A stretch of 47,184 nt of DNA from Algoriphagus sp. (GCA_044237325.1 JBIIFN010000001.1:1-47184), one strand, 5' to 3'; counted from the stretch's first letter, positions 36,974 through 46,008 are shown. A program made the numbers and translations. Notes: a model not told the origin generated them from the sequence alone.

Positions 36974-37774
36974 ATGAAAAAAGTACTCTTATTCCTAATT
37001 TTTATCTTCGGAGTAAACTTTTCGTATGCAGATTGTGCGATGAGCGGAATGGATTTTTTTCCTAAAAAGAGAAATATTAGTTTAAACTCACTGTTAATAA
37101 TTCAAGGATACTCCATGAGTGAAGAAACGGTGGAAAGTTTCAGAGAAAGAAAGATTTACTTGGTAAGCGAAGGTGGTGAATTGGTTTTATTGACCCTGCA
37201 AGAAATTTTAAAGGGTCAAATGAGTCTGACTCAAGCTATTTTTAAACCTGTCCGCGAATTAAAACCTAATACAAAATATTTCCTCCACTATTCCAATGAA
37301 ACTAAGAGGGAAGTATTAGAAATGCAGCAATGGAATCCGGAATCTAAGCAAAGGGAAAAAGTCTATTGGCAAACTTCAGAAGTAAAATCAACTGATTTGA
37401 TCAGCCCAGGTTTAAAAATTGACTATGAAAAGTCTGAAGTGATTCATTACGGGTGTGGGCCATCCTCAAACGCTATTTTTAAGGTATCAAATCGAGATAA
37501 CCTCGAAATATGGTACAAAGCTGAAGTGATAGAACTATCAACAAACAAAAAAACGACGTTCTACCTAACCGAATGGGAAAACAAACTAAATGTTGGGCGT
37601 GGCATGTGTTCCGGCGCGTTCGTTTTTAAGGATCAAGGAAAATATAAAGTACGATTTACACCGACCAATAGTGATGGTGAATCAATACAGACAACCGAAT
37701 GGAAAATTTTTGATAGTCCGTTTGTTAACGATAAACCATTTATCAAATTAAAACAGCCACAAACAACCATTTGA
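36974..37774 (+). CDS. Hypothetical secreted protein
   Basis: Signal peptide ending SYA-DC; three spaced Cys (DCA, YGCGP, GMCSGAF). Confidence 0.8.
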   Translation: MKKVLLFLIFIFGVNFSYADCAMSGMDFFPKKRNISLNSLLIIQGYSMSEETVESFRERKIYLVSEGGELVLLTLQEILKGQMSLTQAIFKPVRELKPNTKYFLHYSNETKREVLEMQQWNPESKQREKVYWQTSEVKSTDLISPGLKIDYEKSEVIHYGCGPSSNAIFKVSNRDNLEIWYKAEVIELSTNKKTTFYLTEWENKLNVGRGMCSGAFVFKDQGKYKVRFTPTNSDGESIQTTEWKIFDSPFVNDKPFIKLKQPQTTI

Positions 37775-37903
37775 CAAAACTGGCAGTTCAATGCTCCGAA
37801 GATCAGCCGCGGCTAATGGTTATTCAAAGTTTGGTTCTCCGCATCCATCCGCAGTGGTGGATGGTAAAAATCACCAACTTCACCAATTCCGAACCCGTTA
37901 TGT
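37759..37903. repeat. Degenerate attC-like hairpin element
   Basis: ACA-AAC (37759-64) ... GTTATGT (37897-903) ends; arms 37771-37788 and 37869-37886 give 10 Watson-Crick pairs plus 7 G.T pairs on the bottom strand. Confidence 0.5.
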
Positions 37904-37959
37904 CTTACTGTAGGACGATAGTGCACTTATCAATATTCGGGCTGACTACGGACGACAAA

Positions 37960-38868
37960 ATGCCAACGCTTCACACAATAAAAAGAGCTGTTTCCCTGTC
38001 TTTATTTTTTCTATGCTTGATTGTAGGCAATGGGGCAACTGCCCAATCCTTAGACTCCCTTACCCGAATGGACATCACTTTTTACAGTGAAGGGATACTC
38101 CTCGCTGGAACACTCTTTTCCCCTACCGACCCACAAGCAGCCATAGTCTTAGTCCATGGTTCAGGTCAAGAAAAACGAATGGATCGGTTTGCAGAACGTT
38201 TGGCGGCCAGGGGAATTGCCGTACTCACCTACGACAAGCGAGGCGTAGGCGCATCTGGGGGAACTTATGCGGGTCCAGAGGTAGGAACCAATAATGTGGA
38301 TTCCGCTAACCTCAGCCTATTGGCAAAAGATGCGAGCGCGGCTGTGAATAAACTGCAAGAAGTAGCAATGGATCTGCCTGTTGGTTTGGTTGGCTCCAGT
38401 CAAGCAGGATGGATCATTCCGATCGCTGCTACCCTAAGTCCTTCCGTAGATTTTATGGTATTATTTAGCGGGCCAACGATCACCAGCCTCGAACAACTTC
38501 GGTTTCAGTTTCACACAAATGGTGACCCAAACTACTGGGAAACTCATTCCGAAGCCGAGGCACGTGAACACCTCAAAAACGATCCCGACCGGTTTCAATT
38601 TACGGCTACAGACCCGAAACACTCCCTAGCCAAACTTGCTATCCCGGGACTTTGGCTTTATGGAGCACAGGATATTCAAGTTCCAGCACAGCTGTGTATC
38701 GAACAATTAAATCAGCTAAAGGGGGAAGGAAAACCTTTTGATTCCCGCATCTATTTAAATTTGGGACATAATACCGCATCTGCTAGTGATGAAACACCGG
38801 TTGAGGAAGCGGTGCTATGGATAAAACAACGAGCGTTGGAATACAAAAAATCTAGCAATTCAAACTAA
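37960..38868 (+). CDS. Alpha/beta hydrolase (S9/S15-like), secreted
   Basis: VHGSG, YDKRGVGASGG, GSSQAG nucleophile elbow, GAQDIQVP, LGHN; ATG 37960 precedes a signal peptide. Confidence 0.88.
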   Translation: MPTLHTIKRAVSLSLFFLCLIVGNGATAQSLDSLTRMDITFYSEGILLAGTLFSPTDPQAAIVLVHGSGQEKRMDRFAERLAARGIAVLTYDKRGVGASGGTYAGPEVGTNNVDSANLSLLAKDASAAVNKLQEVAMDLPVGLVGSSQAGWIIPIAATLSPSVDFMVLFSGPTITSLEQLRFQFHTNGDPNYWETHSEAEAREHLKNDPDRFQFTATDPKHSLAKLAIPGLWLYGAQDIQVPAQLCIEQLNQLKGEGKPFDSRIYLNLGHNTASASDETPVEEAVLWIKQRALEYKKSSNSN

Positions 38869-39106
38869 ACTCCTCTTTGAAAAGCTTTTTTTAGCCATTT
38901 CCAGCTAAATATGTACATTCAGCAATGGCCTTCAAATAATGGGAAAAGCCGAGTTTATGAAATAGGATTTACTTCAAAGTCAAAACCTCAAGCAAGTATT
39001 GGTGTTCTGAAATTAGAAACAACCAATTTTCAATTCGTAGAATTTGGTATTTTAGGAGTTTCTTAACGATTCAATCACAAATTCAACGCTAATAAAACGA
39101 ACCCCT

Positions 39107-39325
39107 ATGTCGTTTCAAGCCTACCTAGACAACATCAAAGCCAAGACGGGCAAGACCCCTGACGATTTTAAAAATTTGGCGGAGGAAAAAGGATTTATAA
39201 TGGACGGAAAATTAAACCCTACCACAAAAGCGACAGAAATCACCAACTGGCTCAAAGAAGAATTTGACTTGGGACATGGTCATGCCATGGCAATTTTTGC
39301 ATCCTTGAAGGGGAAAACAGAATAA
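39107..39325 (+). CDS. DUF4287 domain protein
   Basis: MSFQAYLDNIKAKTGK...WLKEEFDLGHGHAMAI. Confidence 0.88.
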   Translation: MSFQAYLDNIKAKTGKTPDDFKNLAEEKGFIMDGKLNPTTKATEITNWLKEEFDLGHGHAMAIFASLKGKTE

Positions 39326-39336
39326 CTTCCCTACCC

Positions 39337-39699
39337 ATGAAATTCTCAAAAATTGTTCCCAGCGTATTCTACATCGATATTAAAGACGGCCTCAATTTTT
39401 TTGTGGATTGCCTCCAATTTTCGATTGAGCACCAAGATTTAAAAACTGCCAATCCTTACTGTGTCTTGGGAAAAGACGGAATACGAATCATGCTCTTTCA
39501 AGATGCACAATTGGCCCAGGAACATTATCCAGAGCTACGAATCGAAACGGAAGATATCGATGCAGTATTTGCACAGGTTTCCGCTACGCATCCGGAATTG
39601 CTGCATCCCAATCTCAACCAAGTAACCCGCAGACCTTGGGGGGCTAAAGAATTTGCCATCCTAGACAAACAGGTGGGTATACGATTCCAACAGTGGTAG
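39337..39699 (+). CDS. VOC/glyoxalase/bleomycin-resistance family protein
   Basis: FFVDCLQF, IETEDIDAVF, RPWGAKEFAILD. Confidence 0.85.
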   Translation: MKFSKIVPSVFYIDIKDGLNFFVDCLQFSIEHQDLKTANPYCVLGKDGIRIMLFQDAQLAQEHYPELRIETEDIDAVFAQVSATHPELLHPNLNQVTRRPWGAKEFAILDKQVGIRFQQW

Positions 39700-39714
39700 A
39701 CAATACGAACTAAG

Positions 39715-40215
39715 ATGAAAGAAGAAAGACCCAAAATAACCCTAATCCCCACCAATGCAGACAAGCTAGTGGACATTCTTGGCTGGATAGTGCTTCTAGC
39801 GATTTGGGGATGGACATTCAGCCACTTTTCCACCTTGCCTGAGACAATTCCTACGCATTTTAACGCCGCCGGAGAAGCAGATGGATTTGGGAGGAAGGCA
39901 TCCATTATTGGTTTGCCTGTCATCGCCACCCTCCTGTTCATCGGACTGACCGTACTGAATCGATACCCACATAGTTTCAATTACCCAACAGCCATTACGC
40001 AAGACAACGCCTTGCGACTCTATACCCTAGCCACAAGAATGCTGCGCTACCTCAAACTTGTTTTGGTCCTGGTTTTTGGAGGGATTGAATTCATGACGAT
40101 CCAGCATGCTACCGGAAAAGCAGCCGGACTAGGCGTTTGGTTTTTACCCTTGACCTTGGTTCTAATTTTTATTCCGCTGATTTATTTTGTGATCAATTCA
40201 ATCAAGGAAAAATAG
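39715..40215 (+). CDS. DUF1648 membrane protein
   Basis: LPETIPTHFNAAGEADGFG plus four hydrophobic segments. Confidence 0.87.
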   Translation: MKEERPKITLIPTNADKLVDILGWIVLLAIWGWTFSHFSTLPETIPTHFNAAGEADGFGRKASIIGLPVIATLLFIGLTVLNRYPHSFNYPTAITQDNALRLYTLATRMLRYLKLVLVLVFGGIEFMTIQHATGKAAGLGVWFLPLTLVLIFIPLIYFVINSIKEK

Positions 40216-40263
40216 CAGAGAGTTAGTGAAAATGTAGTTATTTGGTTAAAAATAGCCACCCCC

Positions 40264-41055
40264 TTGATCTCCTTTATCTCAGAACTCAAGTCCAGAAACG
40301 AAACCTTATTTTACTATGGGGTAGTTTGTCTTGTTTTTGCCCTCCTATTTTTTGTGTTATCCAAAACCACGACCACACAGGTTTACGGAGTCAATGCTTG
40401 GATAAAGCCCTTCAAGTTTGCCCTCTCCACCTTCCTTTTTGCTTGGGCTATGGCTTGGTATTGCCATTACTTGGGAGGATTCAATCAGCCCTTGTTTAAC
40501 TGGTCGGTCATCCTTCTTCTGGGATTTGAAATCATCTACATTGCCATCATGGCCGGAAAAGGGGAAATCTCCCACTACAATACCAGTTCCCCCCTGTATG
40601 CCAGCCTCTTTTCGATGATGGCTTTGGCTGCAACGTTGGTTACGCTTTACACCGCATTTGTTGGATTCCAGTTTTTCACCCAATCTTTTCCGCAACTCCC
40701 ACCCTACTACCTCTGGGCCATTCGACTGAGTATGCTGATTTTTGTGGTCTTTTCTTTTGAAGGCTTTGCCATGGGTTCTCGAATGAGCCATAGCGTAGGA
40801 GCCATCAACGACAACTCCAATCTTTTCATTTTGGGATGGAGCAAAACGGTAGGCGATCTCCGAATATCGCATTTCATTGGCATGCATGCCTTGCAGGTAC
40901 TCCCGGTATTCTCCTTCTATTTGATTAAAAATACCAAGGGCACGGTGATTGTTGCTCTCCTCTATGGGATTTTGGCCCTATTCACGCTAGTTCAAGCGCT
41001 TCAAGGAAAACCGTTTTTTGCAGCTAGCCCTAAAAACATGGATTTGAAAAAGTAA
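40264..41055 (+). CDS. Hypothetical polytopic membrane protein
   Basis: About 7 TM segments; WIKPFKFALS, SHYN, GDLRISHFIGMHALQ, QALQGKP; TTG start. Confidence 0.8.
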   Translation: MISFISELKSRNETLFYYGVVCLVFALLFFVLSKTTTTQVYGVNAWIKPFKFALSTFLFAWAMAWYCHYLGGFNQPLFNWSVILLLGFEIIYIAIMAGKGEISHYNTSSPLYASLFSMMALAATLVTLYTAFVGFQFFTQSFPQLPPYYLWAIRLSMLIFVVFSFEGFAMGSRMSHSVGAINDNSNLFILGWSKTVGDLRISHFIGMHALQVLPVFSFYLIKNTKGTVIVALLYGILALFTLVQALQGKPFFAASPKNMDLKK

Positions 41056-41245
41056 ACGAGGCTGTTTAGTTTAATTAAAGAAAACTGAAATCCTTTTCTC
41101 ACTTCTTGCAACCTTTACGTGGTCAGGGACATCTACCTTATTGAAAGTTAAACTACCAATGGTAAAGGGAAATTTAAGTTGACCAAGGACCTAAAATAGG
41201 CCCAAATCGATAAATGTGCACCAAATCCACAAGATCAAATCAACC

Positions 41246-42346
41246 ATGACAAAAGTTTTTTCCATACTCCAGGGTTTTATTTTTCTATTCATTTTTCTCT
41301 TTTGCATCGCTTGCAACGAGACTAGGAATACAGATATACCCCAAGAAATGGTACATCCAAAACTTATAAAAACGATTGGCGCACCCAATTATGGAAGTGT
41401 TGGATGTAGCCTGGAAGACAGAGCCGGCAACCTTTGGTTTGGAACCACTGAAAATGGCCTTTACAAGTACGATGGCAAAACATTTCAGCAGTTTTTAATC
41501 AAAGATGGGCTAAACAGCAATTATGTAACTAGCCTACTCGAAGATTCATCGGGGAAAATTTGGATCGGCACGGATATAGGGCTTTGCCTTTACGATGGAA
41601 AATCAATTACCCAAATCGAAATCCCTTTACCAAAAAATCTTCCACGCAATGAAAATGAACTCTACCGCAATTCGAAGCGGGTATTTAGTATGATGCAAGC
41701 AAAAAATAGGGTGCTTTGGTTTGCAACCATAAATGGAGTCTTCACCTACGATGGGGAATTCTTTAGTCCTTTTCAAATTGAAACAAACTCAGCTGGCTTC
41801 CTTAGTTCAAACTACAACATGGAACAGATTTTAGAGGACAAATCAGGCAACATTTGGTTTGGAGGGAGAGGCAATGAAGGGGTGTACCGATACGATGGGA
41901 AATCTGTAACTCGGCTGGAGCTAGAAGTCTTATTTCAAGATGGACCCACACCCAAACCTACGGAATGGGCATGGCCCCAACTGCAAGACAAAGACGGAAA
42001 TATTTGGTTTAGCAATTGGGGAGGGGTCTACCGCTACGATGGCAAATCGTTTACAAGTTTCACTAAGAAAGATGGCTTAGTCGGCGGTGTTGCTGAAATA
42101 CTAGAAGACAAAAAAGGCAACCTTTGGTTTGGTGGGGATTCTGGTGGTGGGCTCAGCCTTTACGACGGCACCTCTTTCACACGTTTCACCACGGAAGATG
42201 GCCTGATCCACACTAATATTTGGTCCATTCTAGAGGACAAAGCTGGAAATCTATGGATAGGCACACGAGAAACAGGTCTCTCCATGTATGACAGAAAAAC
42301 ATTTACTACCTATTCGGAATACAAGCCAGAAACCCCAAAGAACTAA
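41246..42346 (+). CDS. Stand-alone beta-propeller lipoprotein (two-component regulator propeller repeats)
   Basis: Lipobox CIAC; repeated EDK.GN(L/I)WFG...G..RYDGKSF units; no kinase domain. Confidence 0.88.
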   Translation: MTKVFSILQGFIFLFIFLFCIACNETRNTDIPQEMVHPKLIKTIGAPNYGSVGCSLEDRAGNLWFGTTENGLYKYDGKTFQQFLIKDGLNSNYVTSLLEDSSGKIWIGTDIGLCLYDGKSITQIEIPLPKNLPRNENELYRNSKRVFSMMQAKNRVLWFATINGVFTYDGEFFSPFQIETNSAGFLSSNYNMEQILEDKSGNIWFGGRGNEGVYRYDGKSVTRLELEVLFQDGPTPKPTEWAWPQLQDKDGNIWFSNWGGVYRYDGKSFTSFTKKDGLVGGVAEILEDKKGNLWFGGDSGGGLSLYDGTSFTRFTTEDGLIHTNIWSILEDKAGNLWIGTRETGLSMYDRKTFTTYSEYKPETPKN

Positions 42347-42480
42347 CTCAAAAACTTTGCAAAAAAAGGAGATAAAAGGGATTGGGAACTTCTCAAAAAG
42401 TTTTTGTCATTTTTAAACTTTTCTGACCCTATGAAGTGCTCACTCACACTAGTTGAAAACTGCTTGGTAGCCCCTTATTT

Positions 42481-42534
42481 TTTGGCAATCTCACCAAGTA
42501 GCTTATCTTTGATACTATCAAATGATAGTATCAA
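42481..42534 (+). promoter_or_regulatory. fic promoter (-33 TTTG, -7 TATCTTTG) with perfect palindromic operator
   Basis: TTTG 42481-84, 19-nt spacer, TATCTTTG 42504-11; TTGATACTATCA-AA-TGATAGTATCAA 42509-42534. Confidence 0.75.
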
Positions 42535-43487
42535 TGAAGCCTCCCTATGATATTACTCCTAGAGTTTTAAAACTCATCAGCTCTATTTCTGAGAAAATCG
42601 GAGAGGTTAATGCGAGGTATCTAAGCATACAATCTCCACAACTTCGAAAGCAAAATAGAATTAAAACAATTCAGTCTTCTTTGCAAATTGAGGGGAATAC
42701 ACTGACCACAGAACAAATCACCGCGCTGATTGAGAACAAAAGAGTGCTAGGGCCTAAAAAAGATGTAACGGAAGTTCAAAATGCAATTCAGGTCTATGAT
42801 GAATTAACAACTTATAAACCCCATTCCGAAAAAGCTTTTTTAAAAGCGCACGCTGCACTAATGAAGGGCCTCATAAATCCTGTTGGGAAATACAGGAATC
42901 AAGGAGTAGGTATTGCAAAAGGAGAAAAGCTCGAACATGTTGCTCCACCCTTTCAGAACGTGCCTTATTTGATGAAAGACTTATTTACTTATTTGAAAGA
43001 TGCCGATGAATTAACTTTAATCAAAAGTTGCGTCTTCCATTATGAAATGGAATTTATTCACCCATTTCTAGATGGGAATGGAAGAATGGGAAGATTATGG
43101 CAGACAGTATTCCTTCTCCAAGATTTTCCAGTGTTTGAATTCCTACCTTTTGAAAAATTGATTAGCGAAACTCAAAATGCCTATTACCAATCACTTTCTG
43201 AGAGCGATAAACTAGGGAAATCGACACCTTTCATTGAGTATATGCTTGGGGTAATTGATGAATCATTGGCTGAATTGCTGAATTACACCCAAAGAATCCT
43301 AAAGGACACGGATAGGTTAGCATACTTTTTAGGTCAAGGATTTACAGAGTTTAGCCGAAAAGATTACATGCGCGTATTCAAAGACATCTCCACCGCTACG
43401 GCTAGCCGAGATCTTAAAAAAGGACTTGAATTGAACTTATTTGAGAGTACAGGAGAACTGAACAAAACGAGATATTTTATCAAATAG
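42534..43487 (+). CDS. Fic family protein (class II-like) with C-terminal HTH
   Basis: HPFLDGNGRMGR active motif; SLQIEG inhibitory motif; ISTATASRDL HTH-like tail. Confidence 0.93.
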   Translation: MKPPYDITPRVLKLISSISEKIGEVNARYLSIQSPQLRKQNRIKTIQSSLQIEGNTLTTEQITALIENKRVLGPKKDVTEVQNAIQVYDELTTYKPHSEKAFLKAHAALMKGLINPVGKYRNQGVGIAKGEKLEHVAPPFQNVPYLMKDLFTYLKDADELTLIKSCVFHYEMEFIHPFLDGNGRMGRLWQTVFLLQDFPVFEFLPFEKLISETQNAYYQSLSESDKLGKSTPFIEYMLGVIDESLAELLNYTQRILKDTDRLAYFLGQGFTEFSRKDYMRVFKDISTATASRDLKKGLELNLFESTGELNKTRYFIK

Positions 43488-43585
43488 GTCATTTTTCCTT
43501 CATCAGCATAGATTAGGCTTTTGAGTGGTTTTTGTAAAAATTGAGTAGTTTAGGTTTAGCAAGAATTTGGGAGCAATACCTAAAA

Positions 43586-44182
43586 ATGGAAAACGAGATC
43601 GAAACTTTTTGCCCAAAAAGCAGACAAGAATGGCGCGAATGGCTTCAAGTCAATCACGCCACAAAGCAATCCGTTTGGCTTATTTACTACAAAAAGAAAT
43701 CAAACCTACCGACTGTACTTTACAACGATGCCGTTGACGAAGCGCTTTGTTTTGGATGGATTGACAGTAAGGCAAAGCCCATAGACGAAGAAAAATACAT
43801 GCAGTTTTTCACTAAACGAAAGCCTAAAAGCATTTGGTCAAAAATAAATAAGGAAAAAATTGAGCGGTTGACAAAGGAAGGACTAATGACCAAGGCTGGT
43901 TTTGAAATAATGGAAATCGCTAAACAAAATGGCTCTTGGACTATTTTGGACGAAGCAGAAGCACTTGTAATTCCTAACGACCTTGACCAAGAGCTCCAAA
44001 AAAGACCTATTGCTAAAGCCTATTTTTTCGGTTTAAGTAGGTCTGACAAACGAAATATTTTGCAGTGGCTTGTGCTTGCCAAACGACAAGAAACAAGAGA
44101 TAAAAGAATCGCTGAATTCGTAACTCTTGCGGAACAAAATCTAAAGCCAAAGCAATTTCAAGGGAACAAAAGCAGCAATTAA
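43586..44182 (+). CDS. YdeI/OmpD-associated family protein
   Basis: WREWL..NH, AVDEALCFGWIDS, SIWSKINK, AKRQETRDKRI. Confidence 0.9.
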   Translation: MENEIETFCPKSRQEWREWLQVNHATKQSVWLIYYKKKSNLPTVLYNDAVDEALCFGWIDSKAKPIDEEKYMQFFTKRKPKSIWSKINKEKIERLTKEGLMTKAGFEIMEIAKQNGSWTILDEAEALVIPNDLDQELQKRPIAKAYFFGLSRSDKRNILQWLVLAKRQETRDKRIAEFVTLAEQNLKPKQFQGNKSSN

Positions 44183-44403
44183 CAAGGGTCTGCCAAAAGT
44201 GGTTACGTAATACCTAGTAGATGGGTAACTTCCACCAACTCATCCCTCATTCAAACCTCGCTTTTTCAATTCCATATACCTAATTCCTCTAGCCAACTGG
44301 TTCGTTGCCTTCCACTTCTTTTTAAAAATAGTAGAGGTTTCCTCCTCACCTTTTCTTACGAAATTTCTTCTCCTTTTCCCCAAGCCCTTCCGCACATTTT
44401 TTC

Positions 44404-44411
44404 TACCTTTG
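44404..44411 (+). promoter_or_regulatory. -7 element TACCTTTG for purH
   Basis: Exact TAnnTTTG match 34 nt upstream of the purH ATG. Confidence 0.6.
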
Positions 44412-44445
44412 ACGCTTCCTGAAATTCATCCCATTTTCACCTTTC

Positions 44446-45972
44446 ATGTCTCTCAAAAAAATACAATCCGCACTCATTTCTGTCTATTACAAAGACAACC
44501 TCGAACCCATCATTGCCCTCTTGAAGCAGCAGGGCGTGCGGATCTACTCCACTGGCGGCACCCAAGAATTTATTGAAGCCCAAGGCGGAAAGGTGATTCC
44601 AGTAGAAGAACTCACCAGCTACCCTTCCATTTTTGGAGGACGTGTAAAAACGCTCCACCCGAAGGTTTTTGGAGGCATCCTCCACCGCCGAGACCACGAA
44701 GGTGACGTGGCTCAAGCAGCTACGTACGAGATCCCAGCCATTGACTTAGTGATTGTGGATTTGTATCCCTTCAAAGAAACAGTAGCCTCCGGCGCACAGG
44801 AAGCAGATATCATCGAGAAAATTGACATTGGCGGCATCTCTCTCATTCGTGCTGCAGCCAAAAATTTCAAGGACGTCACCATCATCGCTTCCAAAAACCA
44901 ATACGCGGAATTGGAAGCCAGACTTTCCGCTCAAGACGGAGCTACTACCCTAGAAGACAGACGCTACTTTGCCGCCCAGGCCTTCCAGGTGTCCTCCAAC
45001 TACGACACGCATATCTTCAACTATTTCAATCAGCAAGAAGGAATCCCTGCACTCAAAGTATCCGAAACTACCGCCAAGGCGCTTCGCTACGGAGAAAACC
45101 CACACCAAGCGGCTCATTTCTATGGGAATTTGGAGGAGCTATTTGAGCAGCTACATGGCAAGGAACTTTCTTATAATAACCTAGTCGATGTGGACGCAGC
45201 AGTAAACCTAATTGCTGAGTTTCCAGATCAAACAGCTTTTGCCATCCTTAAGCATACCAATGCCTGCGGTTGCGCCACTGCAGCAACCGTAAAAGAAGCC
45301 TACCAAAAAGCATTTGCCGCAGACACCACCTCCGCCTTTGGAGGCGTGCTGGTCACCAACAAACCGGTAGACCAAGCCGCAGCTGAGGAGATGAATTCCC
45401 TCTTCTTTGAAGTGCTCATCGCCCCGGCATTTAGCCCTGAGGCATTGGCCGTACTGACGACCAAAAAGAATCGAATCCTGTTGCTTCAGAAAATGGCTGT
45501 TCCAGGCACGAAAATGATCAAAACCCTTTTGAATGGGGTCATCGAACAAGACAAGGATCTCGCAACTGAAGGCAAAGCAGATTTCACCGTAGCCACTACC
45601 CTGGCCCCTAGCGAACAAGAACTAGATGCCTTGGTCTTCGCAGCGAAAGTGTGTAAGCACACCAAATCCAACACCATCATCTTGAGCAACGACTCTCAGC
45701 TTTTTGCTTCTGGCGTTGGTCAAACTTCTCGTGTAGATGCCCTAAGACAGGCAATTACCAAAGCAAATGAGTTTGGCTTCAACTTGAAAGGTGCCGTAAT
45801 GGCTTCCGATGCCTTCTTCCCCTTCCCCGACTGCGTAGCCATCGCCCATGAAGCAGGCATTAGCGCGGTGGTACAACCTGGGGGCTCGATCAAAGACCAG
45901 GACAGCATTGACTACTGCAATGCCCAAGGCATGAGCATGGTATTGACGGGTGTTCGCCACTTCAAACACTAA
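44446..45972 (+). CDS. purH: Bifunctional AICAR transformylase / IMP cyclohydrolase
   Basis: STGGT, GGRVKTLHP, IDIGG, LRYGENPHQ, SDAFFPF, QPGGS, RHFKH. Confidence 0.98.
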   Translation: MSLKKIQSALISVYYKDNLEPIIALLKQQGVRIYSTGGTQEFIEAQGGKVIPVEELTSYPSIFGGRVKTLHPKVFGGILHRRDHEGDVAQAATYEIPAIDLVIVDLYPFKETVASGAQEADIIEKIDIGGISLIRAAAKNFKDVTIIASKNQYAELEARLSAQDGATTLEDRRYFAAQAFQVSSNYDTHIFNYFNQQEGIPALKVSETTAKALRYGENPHQAAHFYGNLEELFEQLHGKELSYNNLVDVDAAVNLIAEFPDQTAFAILKHTNACGCATAATVKEAYQKAFAADTTSAFGGVLVTNKPVDQAAAEEMNSLFFEVLIAPAFSPEALAVLTTKKNRILLLQKMAVPGTKMIKTLLNGVIEQDKDLATEGKADFTVATTLAPSEQELDALVFAAKVCKHTKSNTIILSNDSQLFASGVGQTSRVDALRQAITKANEFGFNLKGAVMASDAFFPFPDCVAIAHEAGISAVVQPGGSIKDQDSIDYCNAQGMSMVLTGVRHFKH

Positions 45973-46008
45973 GTCGTTGCCGATTTAGGCACTGGCCCAA
46001 GCCCATTC

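Larger units (their letters stand above)
32917..44300 (+). mobile_element. Accessory island / eroded integron-like gene cassette array between purN and purH
   Basis: 14 co-oriented unrelated ORFs, AT-richer than the flanks, shared repeat remnants and TAAC/GTTA junction motifs; no recombinase in the window. Right boundary approximate. Confidence 0.6.

Noticed and set aside
37771-37959. 63-aa N-terminal extension of the alpha/beta hydrolase
   Set aside because: It is an open frame through the attC-like element; the signal peptide follows ATG 37960.
32917-44300. Prophage, ICE or IS-bounded transposon
   Set aside because: No integrase, transposase, relaxase or phage genes, and no terminal inverted repeats or target duplication seen.
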